Below are positions 19,223-29,213 of a DNA stretch of 64,000 nucleotides, piece by piece (within the stretch, counting starts at the first letter, position 1; each line of letters begins with the position of its first letter). The stretch is from Alphaproteobacteria bacterium (GTDB taxonomy: Bacteria; Pseudomonadota; Alphaproteobacteria; UBA8366). Under the pieces are notes generated by a model. That model was not told the origin of the DNA. It saw only the letters and a program-made list of their open reading frames with translations, and ran no database searches. A program made the position numbers and the translations under genes. The stretch spans positions 3,321 to 67,320 of the forward strand of contig JAJFJD010000047.1 of assembly GCA_021774335.1 (NCBI GenBank), in the 5' to 3' direction.

Positions 19223-19603
19223 ATGATTTCCATTAGGTTCGAAACATCCGATTTTCACTGCCACGCCGAAGGCTGTGGGAATTGCCATGCCGACGACGCG
19301 CTGGGCGAGGCGTTGGGCCATTACCGTTGCCAGTGCTGTGGCGCGGTGGATCCGCTTTTGTTCATGATCCGCGAGGATTTATGGATGAAGGCGACGGGCA
19401 ACCGCCCGGAATTGCTGCTGTGCTGGCATTGCACCGAAAAGTCGCTGGGCCACTCAATCCGCCCGGCCGATTTGATCGATTGCCCGCTCAATAGGCAATT
19501 TTATCCCGGTATGATGCGGGAAGCGGACCATGGGTTCCGCGCCGTGGCACATGCCCTGCTCGGTCCTTGGCATATGCCGGCGGCCGTTTTCACGCCGGCT
19601 TAG
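19223..19603 (+). CDS. Cys/His-rich putative zinc-binding hypothetical protein
   Basis: CHAEGCGNCH, CQCCG, FMIREDLW, LCWHCTEKSLG, DCPLN. Confidence 0.6.
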   Translation: MISIRFETSDFHCHAEGCGNCHADDALGEALGHYRCQCCGAVDPLLFMIREDLWMKATGNRPELLLCWHCTEKSLGHSIRPADLIDCPLNRQFYPGMMREADHGFRAVAHALLGPWHMPAAVFTPA

Positions 19604-19607
19604 CCCC

Positions 19608-20174
19608 TCAGTACACCGATTTTCGATACAGCAACGCTTCGCAGGTGCAGTGGTCCGTCCGGTCCACGCATTTGAACTCGCCGGCGTCGCATTCCGCTTG
19701 CCAATAGGACGGCAGGCGGGTCCACGGCTCGAACCCTAGCTTTTTCATCAGGCCGTCGACGCGGGAGGCACTGGGCCCGTGCCTAAAGCTGACGATCAGC
19801 TTGTCGGCACCGTGTCCGATCAACGCGTCATGCATCGAGCTAATGAGCCGCGTGCCGAGCCCGGTTCCGCGCTGACTCTCGGCAACCGCCACGATTTCGA
19901 TCACGCCGAGCGCCCCGTCGCGATCCGCCGCCGCGACCTCGTCCGGCACATCGCTCACCTTATGTTCAAGATATTCCGCCAGCGCGTTCTCAGGCAGCAG
20001 GCGGCCTTGCACCAAGCCGAGCAGGCTGCCGTCCGTCTCGTTGCTGACCAGCATTATCGTATCTGGGTCGCCGGCAATCTCGCCGGGTTTCGAGAAATAG
20101 CCCTCGCCGAAGGCTTCCTTGGCGAGGTCGATAACTTTGCTATGCCAAGTCGGTGCGTAGCGTTCAATTCGCAT
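19608..20174 (-). CDS. GNAT family N-acetyltransferase
   Basis: Motif A VAVAESQRGTGLGTRL, KKLGF; Cys-rich C-terminus. Confidence 0.82.
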   Translation of the reverse strand: MRIERYAPTWHSKVIDLAKEAFGEGYFSKPGEIAGDPDTIMLVSNETDGSLLGLVQGRLLPENALAEYLEHKVSDVPDEVAAADRDGALGVIEIVAVAESQRGTGLGTRLISSMHDALIGHGADKLIVSFRHGPSASRVDGLMKKLGFEPWTRLPSYWQAECDAGEFKCVDRTDHCTCEALLYRKSVY

Positions 20175-20379
20175 TCGGTGTCCCCATCCCCGACCCGCAA
20201 ACCGAATGTCGATCTGACATATGTGCGAGCCTGAGGTTATTATAGCAGTAAGTCGTCCTTCGGATGAGCGTTTGTCGCGTTACGGGAAAGCCTTCCTGAG
20301 GGCCTTGCCGATCCCTTGGCAATGCTCAAAAATTCAATTTGTTATAACGATTTCCCTTATTGGGTGGAGATATCAACGC

Positions 20380-21966
20380 ATGGCCGCAACCTTCCGGCAA
20401 CTCCTCGATGATCTGCGCGCCGCGGGCGAATTGGTCGAGATTTCCAAACCCGTCGACATTCGCTATATCGCCGCGCTGGTGGATCAGGCTGAAACGGCGC
20501 TGCTATTCACCAACGTCATCGGCTATGACATGCCGGTGGTCTCTGGCGTGCTGAACAGCCGTGAGCGGCTGTCGATTGCGATGGATTGTCCCTTCGATGA
20601 GATCGAAGGACGCGTTCGCCGCGGTCTCGACCGGCCGGTCGAGCCCAAAACCGTCAATGCCGGGCCGGCGCGCGAGGTGATTCAAGAAGGCGACGACGTG
20701 GACCTGTTCCGCCTGCCGATCCCGTTGTTCTCGGTGCTCGACGGCGGGCCCATGATCACCGCCGGCATCACCTTGGCGAAGGACGAGGAACATGGCCTCA
20801 ACGCGGGAATCTACCGTTTCCTGGTGAAGGACCGGAATACCACCGGGATCGATATCGTCACGCCCAACAACATGCGCAATTTTGCCGAGAAAGCCTTTAA
20901 GGCGGGCAAGCCGTTGCCGATATCGATCAACATCGGCGCGCATCCGAGCGAGATCATCGCGGCGACCTACAAGGCGCCGATCGGTACGAACGAGGTCGCC
21001 ATCGCCGGCGGCATGATGGGTGACGCCGTCGACATGACACCCTGCCGCACGGTCGATGTGCCGTGTCTGGCGAATGCGGAAATCGTTCTGGAGGCGGAGA
21101 TTCTGCCGACTGGCTGGACCCGTCCCGAAGGCCGGTTCGGGGAATTCACCCGCCTGATGGGCGGGCTGCATTGGAATCCGCTGGTCCGTGTTAAGGCGGT
21201 GTCGATGCGCCAGGACGCGGTCTATTACGCGCTGCACATGCCGTGGGAGAATATCTGGCCGTCCGGGCCGATCTACGAGGCGGCGGTCCGGCGTGCCTGC
21301 AAGGAAGCGGGCGTTCAGGTCACCGCGGTCAATATCACGCCCGGCGGATGCTGCCATTGGCACGCGACGATCGCCATCAAGCCGCACACGGGCGACGGCA
21401 AGAACGCGATGATGGCCGCCTTGTCGGTCGCCGATATGAAGCATGTCACGGTGGTCGACGACGAGATCGACGTATTCGATTCCGTTGACGTGGAGTGGGC
21501 GGTCGCGACCCGGGTGCAGGCCGACCGCGACGTGATGATCGTATCGAACGCGCGGGCAAAACCGCTCGATCCCAGTCTCGTCACGATTCCGGGCAAGGTG
21601 CCGACCACGGCGAAGATGGGGATCGATGCGACCATATCGGACGATGTGCCGCGGGAGCGCTTCCAGCGAATCGCCTATGCTTATGCCGACAAGGTGGACT
21701 TGGCGGACTATCTCGGCGACGGAATTGCCGCCTCGAAATCGCCGGCTGACGCGGATATCGCGGCCCTTGCGACCCGTATCAAGGATGTCATCGAGGCGGA
21801 GCCGAAATACTTCGCCGAGCTGACCGAGATGTTCGAGGCGGAGGGGTTTCAGGCCGTGACGCGCGCGATCGGCGTGCTGCATGAAGGCGAAGAGTTATGG
21901 CAGGACGACGTCGGCCGGCTATGCCTGCAAGGATCGTCCTTTGCCGCCGTGCGGCCGACCGCCTAG
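20380..21966 (+). CDS. UbiD family (prFMN-dependent) decarboxylase with C-terminal extension
   Basis: DLFRLPIP, DGGPMITAG, NAGIYR, AEIVLE, EGRFGEF, VDDEIDVFD...VEWAVATR, LDPS, TAKMGIDAT; ATG 20380. Confidence 0.9.
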   Translation: MAATFRQLLDDLRAAGELVEISKPVDIRYIAALVDQAETALLFTNVIGYDMPVVSGVLNSRERLSIAMDCPFDEIEGRVRRGLDRPVEPKTVNAGPAREVIQEGDDVDLFRLPIPLFSVLDGGPMITAGITLAKDEEHGLNAGIYRFLVKDRNTTGIDIVTPNNMRNFAEKAFKAGKPLPISINIGAHPSEIIAATYKAPIGTNEVAIAGGMMGDAVDMTPCRTVDVPCLANAEIVLEAEILPTGWTRPEGRFGEFTRLMGGLHWNPLVRVKAVSMRQDAVYYALHMPWENIWPSGPIYEAAVRRACKEAGVQVTAVNITPGGCCHWHATIAIKPHTGDGKNAMMAALSVADMKHVTVVDDEIDVFDSVDVEWAVATRVQADRDVMIVSNARAKPLDPSLVTIPGKVPTTAKMGIDATISDDVPRERFQRIAYAYADKVDLADYLGDGIAASKSPADADIAALATRIKDVIEAEPKYFAELTEMFEAEGFQAVTRAIGVLHEGEELWQDDVGRLCLQGSSFAAVRPTA

Positions 21967-22082
21967 GCAACCTCTATCGCGGCCGGGATTTGTCCAGCTG
22001 ATATCGCCAACATATGCAACTCTGGTCGCATGTTACCGATCGACGCCCGAGCGCGCCGCGCCCGGCGGTCAGGGAAAAACGT

Positions 22083-22292
22083 TTAGTCGAGGACGGTGAG
22101 GTTTTCCGCCGCGGACTTGCCGTTGCGTCCCGTCTCCAGTTCAAACTCGACTTTTTGTCCTTCGCGAAGCGTGTCCAAACCTGCACGCTCGACCGCAGAA
22201 ATATGCACGAACGCGTCATTCGCGCCGTCATCCTGCTGAATGAAACCATACCCCTTGGTCGGGTTAAACCACTTCACCGTTCCAGTCGCCAT
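22083..22292 (-). CDS. cspA: Cold-shock protein
   Basis: MATGTVKWFNPTKGYGFI, DAFVHISAV; ATG 22292 after AAGGAG. Confidence 0.95.
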   Translation of the reverse strand: MATGTVKWFNPTKGYGFIQQDDGANDAFVHISAVERAGLDTLREGQKVEFELETGRNGKSAAENLTVLD

Positions 22293-22743
22293 GATTACTC
22301 CTTTCCATGGACTTGGCTGGCATCGCACCACACTTTCTTACAGGACGCTGTCCGTGCGGAGGCACCAACAAGTGCAGGAGTAACTAGGCTAGGCATCGCG
22401 GCAACTAACTAGATACGCCAACGAGTTGAGTGACCTTAGAAAGTTCAAATGGTCCATGCCAAAAAGTTTTCACTCGCTATTTAAATCCCTGTTTCGGCCG
22501 TAGGCAACTTTAATGATTCGGCAAAAATGCCCGCTAAATCTCGGGGATGCGGGCCTTCTCGGCCAAATGGCGGATAAACTGTTGGGCCGAAACGCCGAAT
22601 CTTCGAGACATACTCCGAAATCGCCATCTGTCTACACCTTATTCGGACACAGCACCCCCGGGCCCTATGCCATTTTGAGGGCGTGGCGGACGGACTGGAG
22701 GGGCCTGTCCGGCACATCGTTTGAGCAGATGGGTTTTGCCGCA

Positions 22744-23415
22744 ATGGACCATCCTAAGATTTACGTCGGCGGCGGATGCCGCGAAGACCGGGCGTTGGAT
22801 GTTTGCCTCTACGCCATCCAGCGCCGCGCCTCTGATTTGGTGGAAATTTCCCCTTTGAAACGCCCGGCCTTGGCGCCGCTCGGCCGGCTGGATATCGCCG
22901 ACGAAGACCTCGCCGGCCGTATGCGTTTCCTGATTCCCACCCTGAACGGGTTCAAAGGCTGGGCCGCGTTCGTCACGCGTGACACGCTGTTCCAAGCCGA
23001 TATTTACGAGTTGTGGCGGCTCCGCGACGAGCACTGCGCGGTCATGGGCGTCTGGCATGACGACAAGACCACCGATCCGGCTTCCGCCTGCGATCGCCTG
23101 CCCTCGCTGTTGCTGTGGAACTGCGGGCATCCCGCGAACCGCGCATTGACGTTGGACTACGCGCTGCGGTCGGATCGTACAGGGCTGTGTCGCTTCGATT
23201 GGCTGCATGACGGATTGCGCGGTCAGTTGCCCGAGGAATGGAACTGGCGCGATGGGCAGTCCAATCCGGCACTGCCGCCGAAGGCGATCGAATTCGCGCA
23301 GAGCCGGCCCTGGCAAGGGGACGCGAATCCCTGCCGGTATGCTGATCTTTGGCGCCAGGAAGCGCAACGCATCTTCGGCGAGGCGATGCCGGCCGGCCAT
23401 CTCAGTACAGTTTGA
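22744..23415 (+). CDS. Degenerate GT-A glycosyltransferase-like protein (CDI-like)
   Basis: KIYVG..RED.ALDVC, RFLIPTLNGFKGWAAF, SLLLWNCGHP, LPEEWNW; the DxD position reads TRD. Confidence 0.6.
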   Translation: MDHPKIYVGGGCREDRALDVCLYAIQRRASDLVEISPLKRPALAPLGRLDIADEDLAGRMRFLIPTLNGFKGWAAFVTRDTLFQADIYELWRLRDEHCAVMGVWHDDKTTDPASACDRLPSLLLWNCGHPANRALTLDYALRSDRTGLCRFDWLHDGLRGQLPEEWNWRDGQSNPALPPKAIEFAQSRPWQGDANPCRYADLWRQEAQRIFGEAMPAGHLSTV

Positions 23416-24307
23416 ACAGGACCGGCACGGTCACGGCCGCCGCGACCGGCTCCCCATTGTGGCGGGCCGGAACGAACCGCCACTGCCGAACCGTGCGTAC
23501 CGCAGCTGCGTCTAGGCTGTCATAACCGCTGGACGACGCGAGTTCGACACTGTCGGCGGTTCCGTTCGGCAGAACATCGACCCTTAAGACGACCCGTCCC
23601 TGATAGCCGCGTTTCCGGGCGACGAACGGATACTCCGGTTTCGGATTGTCGCCGCGTGGCGCCGCGCCTTTGGTGCCGCCGCGATGGGCGGCGATTTCGA
23701 TGGGTGCCTCGGAGCCGTCGCTTGCTGTCGCGGAGTGGGAGTCGTTGCCATCGGCGGAATCGGTTCGGGGTTGGGGCAACGCTTGCTGCGCTGGCGGCAA
23801 AGAGACGGGCTGTGGGGCGGGTGGCGCTGGTTTAGCTGGCGGCGGTGGTGGCGCCAGCAGCAAGGCAACGGCCTCGGGATCAAGCGGCGCGACGGCCACA
23901 GGTGTCTCCACGGATTGTAATACCGGCGTTGGCTCCTCGCGGTAGACCGGTGCGTCCATGACCGCAGCTCGATCGGTCACATGATCTGCCGCCCGGTCTG
24001 CCGCCCGGTCTGCCGCTCTGTGACGATCCGGCTGGGCGGTGGCGCGGGCCGGCGCAGAGGCGGGCGACGCGCGGTCCCTTTCCTCGCCGGTATCCGCGCC
24101 CGGATGCCGTTCCGGCCCTTCGACCACCGCAACCTCGATGATCACCTGTCCGCCGGCGACCTTGATCTCGCGCGGCGACGGGTCGGGCGATACCATCCAT
24201 GCGATGGCCCCGACATGCAGCGCCGCCGACAGCGTGACCGCCAGCCAGATCGGTTCGCGCAGGAGGGTTTTGGCCAGCAGGAACTGGCGGGTGATGGACA
24301 TGCTCAT
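23402..24307 (-). CDS. tonB: TonB energy transducer
   Basis: TM segment with SxxLH, Pro-rich linker, PEYPFVARKRGYQGRVVL, SSGYDSLDAAA, WRFVPA; ATGA overlap with the upstream ATPase. Confidence 0.88.
   Translation of the reverse strand: MSMSITRQFLLAKTLLREPIWLAVTLSAALHVGAIAWMVSPDPSPREIKVAGGQVIIEVAVVEGPERHPGADTGEERDRASPASAPARATAQPDRHRAADRAADRAADHVTDRAAVMDAPVYREEPTPVLQSVETPVAVAPLDPEAVALLLAPPPPPAKPAPPAPQPVSLPPAQQALPQPRTDSADGNDSHSATASDGSEAPIEIAAHRGGTKGAAPRGDNPKPEYPFVARKRGYQGRVVLRVDVLPNGTADSVELASSSGYDSLDAAAVRTVRQWRFVPARHNGEPVAAAVTVPVLFKLY
23985..24016. repeat. In-frame 12-bp tandem repeat inside tonB (about 2.7 copies)
   Basis: TCTGCCGCCCGG twice plus a partial copy; encodes RAAD repeats. Confidence 0.7.
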
Positions 24308-25095
24308 CGGCGCCCTCCCGGTCCCGCTGTCTCGTGCGTCCACGGCAACAGATAGGGGTGCCCGTCCCGGTCGCCGCGCAGGGCTGTAATGCGGAATACA
24401 TCCGATAGCCGCTCCGGCGATAGCGTGGTGTCCGGCGGGCCTTCGGCGACGACGCGGCCCTTGTCGATCAGAGCCAACCGGTCGCAGAACTGCATCGCCA
24501 GCGACAGATCGTGCAGCACGACGGCGATCGCCATGCCGCCGTCGGCAAGGCGGCGCAAATGACTCATCACATCCAGCCGGTGATAAGGATCGAGATCCGA
24601 TACCGGTTCGTCGGCGAGCAGCAGCGCCGGGTCGCCCGCCAGTGCGCGCGCCAACAGAACGCGGGCCTTCTCACCGCCCGAAAGCTTGTCGATCCGCCGG
24701 TTCGACAGGTCGCCGACTTGGGCCATTGCCATCGCCCGGCCGATTGCCTGAGCGTCCGCCGCCGTCGGGCCCTGCCACGGTGTGAGATGCGGCAACCGTC
24801 CCAGCGCGACCACCCGTTCCACGGTCATCGGCCAATGACAGTCCGCGTTTTGCGGCAGATAGGCGATGCGCCGGGCGAGCGCGGCGCGGCTCCAGGCGGC
24901 GATCGGTTCGCCGTCCAGGGTCGCGGTGCCGGCGGTCGGCGGGGTGAGGCCCGCGGCCGCGCGCATCAGCGTGGACTTGCCGGCGCCGTTCGGGCCGACG
25001 ATGCCGAGAACCTCGCCGGCCTGTAACGTCAGATCGACGGCATGCAGGACCGGGCGGCCGCCGCGCGAAACGGAAAGATTGCGAAGCGTCAGCAT
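24304..25095 (-). CDS. btuD: Cobalamin/iron-chelate ABC ATP-binding protein
   Basis: GPNGAGKST, LSGGEKARVLLARAL, ADEP, VLHDL; start MLTLRN at 25095. Confidence 0.88.
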   Translation of the reverse strand: MLTLRNLSVSRGGRPVLHAVDLTLQAGEVLGIVGPNGAGKSTLMRAAAGLTPPTAGTATLDGEPIAAWSRAALARRIAYLPQNADCHWPMTVERVVALGRLPHLTPWQGPTAADAQAIGRAMAMAQVGDLSNRRIDKLSGGEKARVLLARALAGDPALLLADEPVSDLDPYHRLDVMSHLRRLADGGMAIAVVLHDLSLAMQFCDRLALIDKGRVVAEGPPDTTLSPERLSDVFRITALRGDRDGHPYLLPWTHETAGPGGRR

Positions 25096-25097
25096 CG

Positions 25098-26117
25098 TCA
25101 GGCCATCTCCCGCCGCGTCTTGAGGATCAGGCCGAGGAAGAACGGTACGCCGATCAGGGCAGTCAACACGCCGAGGCGAAGCTCCGCCTCGGTCGGGACG
25201 ACGCGAACCGCGACGTCGGCGAGCAGCAGCAGGGTCGCGCCGCCGAGCGCGCTGGCGGGCAGCAACGAGCTCGGTTGATACCCGACGAATGGCCGCAAGA
25301 GATGCGGCACCACGAGGCCGACGAAGCCGATGGTGCCGGACACCGCGACCGCCCCGCCGACCGACAATGCCGTACCGAGGATCAGCTTCAGGCGTGTCCG
25401 CCGCAGATCGACACCTAGGCTCATGGCGGTTTCGTCGCCCAGGGCCAACGCGTCGAGCGCCCGTCCGGTGCCGCCGACCAGCAGCCAGCCCGCCACCATG
25501 AAGGGCGCGGCCAGCCACACCTGATCCATGCTGCGGTCGGCCAGCGATCCCATTAGCCAGAACACGATCTCGGTCACGGCGAACAGGTTGTTCGACAGGT
25601 TGATTGCAAGCGCGATCAAGGCCGCGCCGAGGCTGCTGATCGCGACGCCCGCGAGGATGATCGTCAAAGCCCCCGCATTCCGGCCAGCCAGGAGATGCAG
25701 GATCATCACCGCCGTGACCGCGCCGAGCATGGCGGACAGCGGCAGGGCGGCGGCGAAGATCGCGTAGAGCCCGAAATACATCGCCACGACCGCGCCGAAG
25801 GCCGCCAGCGATGACGCGCCGATCAGGCCCGGCTCGGCCAGCGGGTTGCGGAACAGGCCCTGCAATCCCGCGCCGGTCAGTCCAAGCGTCGCGCCGATCA
25901 TCAGGCCGAGCAAGGCGCGCGGCAACCGCAACTCCCAGACGATGAGTGTGGTCGGGCCGTCCGCCGTGCCCAGGAACGCCCGCAGGAGATCGGCAGGCCC
26001 GATCGCCGTCGGTCCCAGCGCCAGCGACAGCAGGAAGGCGGCCACCGTCCCGCCACCCAACAGGACGAAGAGTCCGATGGGTCGGGTCTGGCGCATCGGG
26101 ATGTCGAGCGCGGTCAT
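25098..26117 (-). CDS. btuC: Cobalamin ABC permease (FecCD family)
   Basis: ELRLPRALL, QGLFRNPLAEPGLIG, FWLMGSL, IGFVGLVVPH. Confidence 0.9.
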   Translation of the reverse strand: MTALDIPMRQTRPIGLFVLLGGGTVAAFLLSLALGPTAIGPADLLRAFLGTADGPTTLIVWELRLPRALLGLMIGATLGLTGAGLQGLFRNPLAEPGLIGASSLAAFGAVVAMYFGLYAIFAAALPLSAMLGAVTAVMILHLLAGRNAGALTIILAGVAISSLGAALIALAINLSNNLFAVTEIVFWLMGSLADRSMDQVWLAAPFMVAGWLLVGGTGRALDALALGDETAMSLGVDLRRTRLKLILGTALSVGGAVAVSGTIGFVGLVVPHLLRPFVGYQPSSLLPASALGGATLLLLADVAVRVVPTEAELRLGVLTALIGVPFFLGLILKTRREMA

Positions 26118-27007
26118 GGTGTGGACGCCCGCGGTTTTCGCGGGGCCGGCGTAAGGCTGCGGCGGAAGTCCGCCAGCCGCTCGACCGCATCGACGCTTGA
26201 GGGAAGGCCGCAGATCCAGAGCCGGTCCGGTAGTGTGATCGATGGAATTTCGGATCGCAGGCGCTGGAAGGCGGGATGCGAAAGGTACTCGGCGGCGCGG
26301 GAACTACGGGGGCCATGGCCTGATCCGAGGACGATGACATCGGGCGGTGTCACCACCACCGATTCCAGCGAAACCCGGCCAACGCCGGGTAACGCCCGGG
26401 CGGCGTGGTTGACGAAACCCGCATGGCGGATGATTGCGTCCATCAGCGTGTGCCGGCCCTGTGAATACCCGCCCAGCCGGTAGAACAACAACGACGGCGC
26501 CGGGCCCGCCGAACCGGCGGCTGCTGCCAGCCGGCTGTTCAGCGTCTCGATCATGCGGTCGCCTTTGGCTTGGGCGCCGGCGGCGGTGGCGATGCGTCGG
26601 ATATTCTTGCGCACGCCGTCGAAGTCGGTCGCCACGCTGATTTCGAGCAGTGGTATCCCAAGCTTTCGGAACAAGGCCTTGGTGCTCGGCTGGGTGTACT
26701 CGCCGGCAACGATCAAGTCGGGACCGAGCGGCAGGATATCCTCCGCTGATCCGCGGTTGCGCGGGATGCCGGCGATCGCATCGGCGACGCCGGAAATCGA
26801 CGGGGCCGATGCGAAGCGCGTGACGGAAACGATCCGCCGCCGGTCGACCAATGACAGCAGCAGTTGGTCGGCGCAGAGCGACAGCGAGGCAATGCGTTGC
26901 GGCGCGGCGACGGCCGGGATCGAAACGAGACAGCACAGCAGGACCGCCGCGGCCAATCTGCGCCGGCCGCGGCGGGTCCCTCCGTCGTGGTGCTCGTTCC
27001 GCGTCAT
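26114..27007 (-). CDS. btuF: Cobalamin ABC periplasmic binding protein
   Basis: PQRIASLSLCADQLLL, PDLIVAG, WICG (paired Cys); position in operon. Confidence 0.85.
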   Translation of the reverse strand: MTRNEHHDGGTRRGRRRLAAAVLLCCLVSIPAVAAPQRIASLSLCADQLLLSLVDRRRIVSVTRFASAPSISGVADAIAGIPRNRGSAEDILPLGPDLIVAGEYTQPSTKALFRKLGIPLLEISVATDFDGVRKNIRRIATAAGAQAKGDRMIETLNSRLAAAAGSAGPAPSLLFYRLGGYSQGRHTLMDAIIRHAGFVNHAARALPGVGRVSLESVVVTPPDVIVLGSGHGPRSSRAAEYLSHPAFQRLRSEIPSITLPDRLWICGLPSSVDAVERLADFRRSLTPAPRKPRASTP

Positions 27008-28974
27008 TTCCGTCCGGTCAGTAGTTTCAATGGTTGGAACCGAATCCGCACCCCGCCGTAGGCGGCGATGCCTGGCGTGCCGAAGGAGAAGACTTCCTCG
27101 TAATCGTCGTTCAGCAGGTTTTCGCCGCGCGCGAACAGCTCGACATGCTCGTTCACCTTGTAGGAGGCGGCGACGTTGAGCAGGACGTATTTGTCCAAGG
27201 TCACCCGCCGAAACGGGCCGAACGCCACATCCTTCTGATCGCCGTTGTAGCGCACGCCGACGTTGACGTTGGCGCGCTTATTTTCCAGGAAGCCGTAGTT
27301 CACGTTGACGCTGGCGATATGCTGTGGCCGGCGGACCAGTTGCGTGCCGTTGGCGTCGCTCGTGGTCATGTAGGTGTAGCTGCCGGTGACATCCAGCCCG
27401 TCGATGATCTGGGCGCGGCCGGTCATTTCGATGCCCTGGATCCGGCTTGTGCCAGTCTGGTTCGTTGCAGTGCTGCCAAAGCCGATAATCAGGTTATCGA
27501 TCCGGTTGCTGAAATAGGTGACGTCGCCGACGACCTTGCCGTCGAGGAAGGTCTGTTCGATCCCGATATCGAAGGATTCGGACTTCTCGGGCAGCAGATC
27601 GGGGTTGCCGGTGAAGGTGGATGTGAAGCCGAACAGCTCGAAAACGGTCGGGTTCTTAACCGCCGTGCCGCCGCTCATATGCAGCTTGCTGCCGGTTTCC
27701 GGCACATGCAGCGCGGCCGTCATCCGCATCGTGGTGGCGTCGTCGAATATCTCGTTGTCGTCGAAACGTCCGCCGCCGCTCAGGAACAGGCGCTTGAACA
27801 GGCCGAGTTGATACAGGCCGTAGACCGATTGTGTATCCAACTGGCGGTCGACGGTGGAGAAGCTGCTTTGCGACAGTACTTCTTCGCGCTCGTTCTCGAA
27901 CCCGAGGCTGATCGTATGTGTCGCCGGCGCGATCTCCGACGTTTCGAGCGACAGGTTGGTCTTATACGCGATCTTGCGTTTGTCGCCCTCGGTCGAGCTG
28001 GGGCCGAAGGCACCGCCGCCGCTGCGCAGCGTGTTGCTGAACAGCGAACCGGATAGGATATGCTCCCAACGGTCGTCGAGCAGCGAGAGTTTCACCTCCG
28101 CCTGGCCGAACTGTTCGAGGCTGTTGGTGAACGAACCGTCGTCGGTTGCGACCGTGCCAAAGGCGTCGGTATCGACCTTGGCGCGCTGCCAGCGGCCGGT
28201 GAAGTTGATCTCGAGATTGTTGGCCGGCCGCAGCCCGAGCGTGCCGTGCACCGTTTTGTTGCGGTTGGGGTCTTCCTCGGTATTGCCGTCATTTTCGTTG
28301 GCCGCAGAGATACCGTCCGTCTTGAAATAGGTACCGCTCAGCGCGACGCTGTAGTGCTTACCGCCGGCCCGCAGCGCGGCGCTGGTCTGGGCCGACTTGA
28401 AGGATCCGTATTCGCCGCTGGCGGTGACCGTCGGTTCGCCGACACCTTTCTTGGTGATGATGTTGACGACGCCGCCGACCGCGTCGCTGCCATACAGGAC
28501 GCTTTGCGGGCCGCGCAGGATTTCGATCCGGTCGATATCGGTGACCAGAAGATTCCCGAAATTGAACTGCGAGCTGAGCGCCGGGTCGTTCACCTCGATG
28601 CCGTCGATCAGCACCAGGGTCTGGTTGGCTTCGGCGCCGCGAATACGCACGTCGGTCGACGACCCGAAACCGCTGGTCCGGTTGACCGCGACGCCGGGAA
28701 CGGTGCGCAGCGCGTCGGAGACGAATCGGATCTGCTGTTCCTGCAGCTTTTGGCTGCTGATAACGGTGATCGCGCTGCCGACTTGCTCGCTCGGCGTTTC
28801 GGTGCCCGTCGCGGTGACGACGGTTTCCGGCAGCAGGGTCGTTCCCTGGGCATAGGCCGCCATTGCGCCGCTACCAAGTCCGACCGCCGCGCCTAGCATG
28901 GCGGCGGCCAAGCGGGTGGCGTTATTGCCGGTACGCTTTCGGGTCTTTGCTTTTTTCGATGAGTGGGTAGGCAT
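27004..28974 (-). CDS. btuB: TonB-dependent cobalamin receptor
   Basis: TonB box ETVVTAT, IRGAEANQTLVLIDG, IDRIEILRGPQSVLYGSDAVGGVVNI, GNPDLLPE; downstream of a cobalamin riboswitch; start 28974 (or 28995). Confidence 0.9.
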   Translation of the reverse strand: MPTHSSKKAKTRKRTGNNATRLAAAMLGAAVGLGSGAMAAYAQGTTLLPETVVTATGTETPSEQVGSAITVISSQKLQEQQIRFVSDALRTVPGVAVNRTSGFGSSTDVRIRGAEANQTLVLIDGIEVNDPALSSQFNFGNLLVTDIDRIEILRGPQSVLYGSDAVGGVVNIITKKGVGEPTVTASGEYGSFKSAQTSAALRAGGKHYSVALSGTYFKTDGISAANENDGNTEEDPNRNKTVHGTLGLRPANNLEINFTGRWQRAKVDTDAFGTVATDDGSFTNSLEQFGQAEVKLSLLDDRWEHILSGSLFSNTLRSGGGAFGPSSTEGDKRKIAYKTNLSLETSEIAPATHTISLGFENEREEVLSQSSFSTVDRQLDTQSVYGLYQLGLFKRLFLSGGGRFDDNEIFDDATTMRMTAALHVPETGSKLHMSGGTAVKNPTVFELFGFTSTFTGNPDLLPEKSESFDIGIEQTFLDGKVVGDVTYFSNRIDNLIIGFGSTATNQTGTSRIQGIEMTGRAQIIDGLDVTGSYTYMTTSDANGTQLVRRPQHIASVNVNYGFLENKRANVNVGVRYNGDQKDVAFGPFRRVTLDKYVLLNVAASYKVNEHVELFARGENLLNDDYEEVFSFGTPGIAAYGGVRIRFQPLKLLTGRK

Positions 28975-29213
28975 GAAGAGGTGCTCCGTTCGCATTTGGT
29001 TTTGCCAATTGCGCGAGCGAAGGACCGGAACTGCCGTGTGCCGGGCACGCCAATGCCCTGCACGACCACCGCAGATACGGTGGCATGGCGGAATAGTGGA
29101 GAGGTGGTTCGGTCGATACCCATCGACGCATTCCCCGGTGGCCCATCCCTGCGCGCACGCCACCACAACGGAGATCCGTCCCGTTGGGCGCCCCGCCCAC
29201 CGGTGGGTGACGA

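Noticed and set aside
25096-26340. N-terminal 415 aa of the 678-aa ORF 24304..26340
   Set aside because: Shadow frame over btuC/btuF, Arg/Gly/Pro-rich; the real ATPase starts at 25095.
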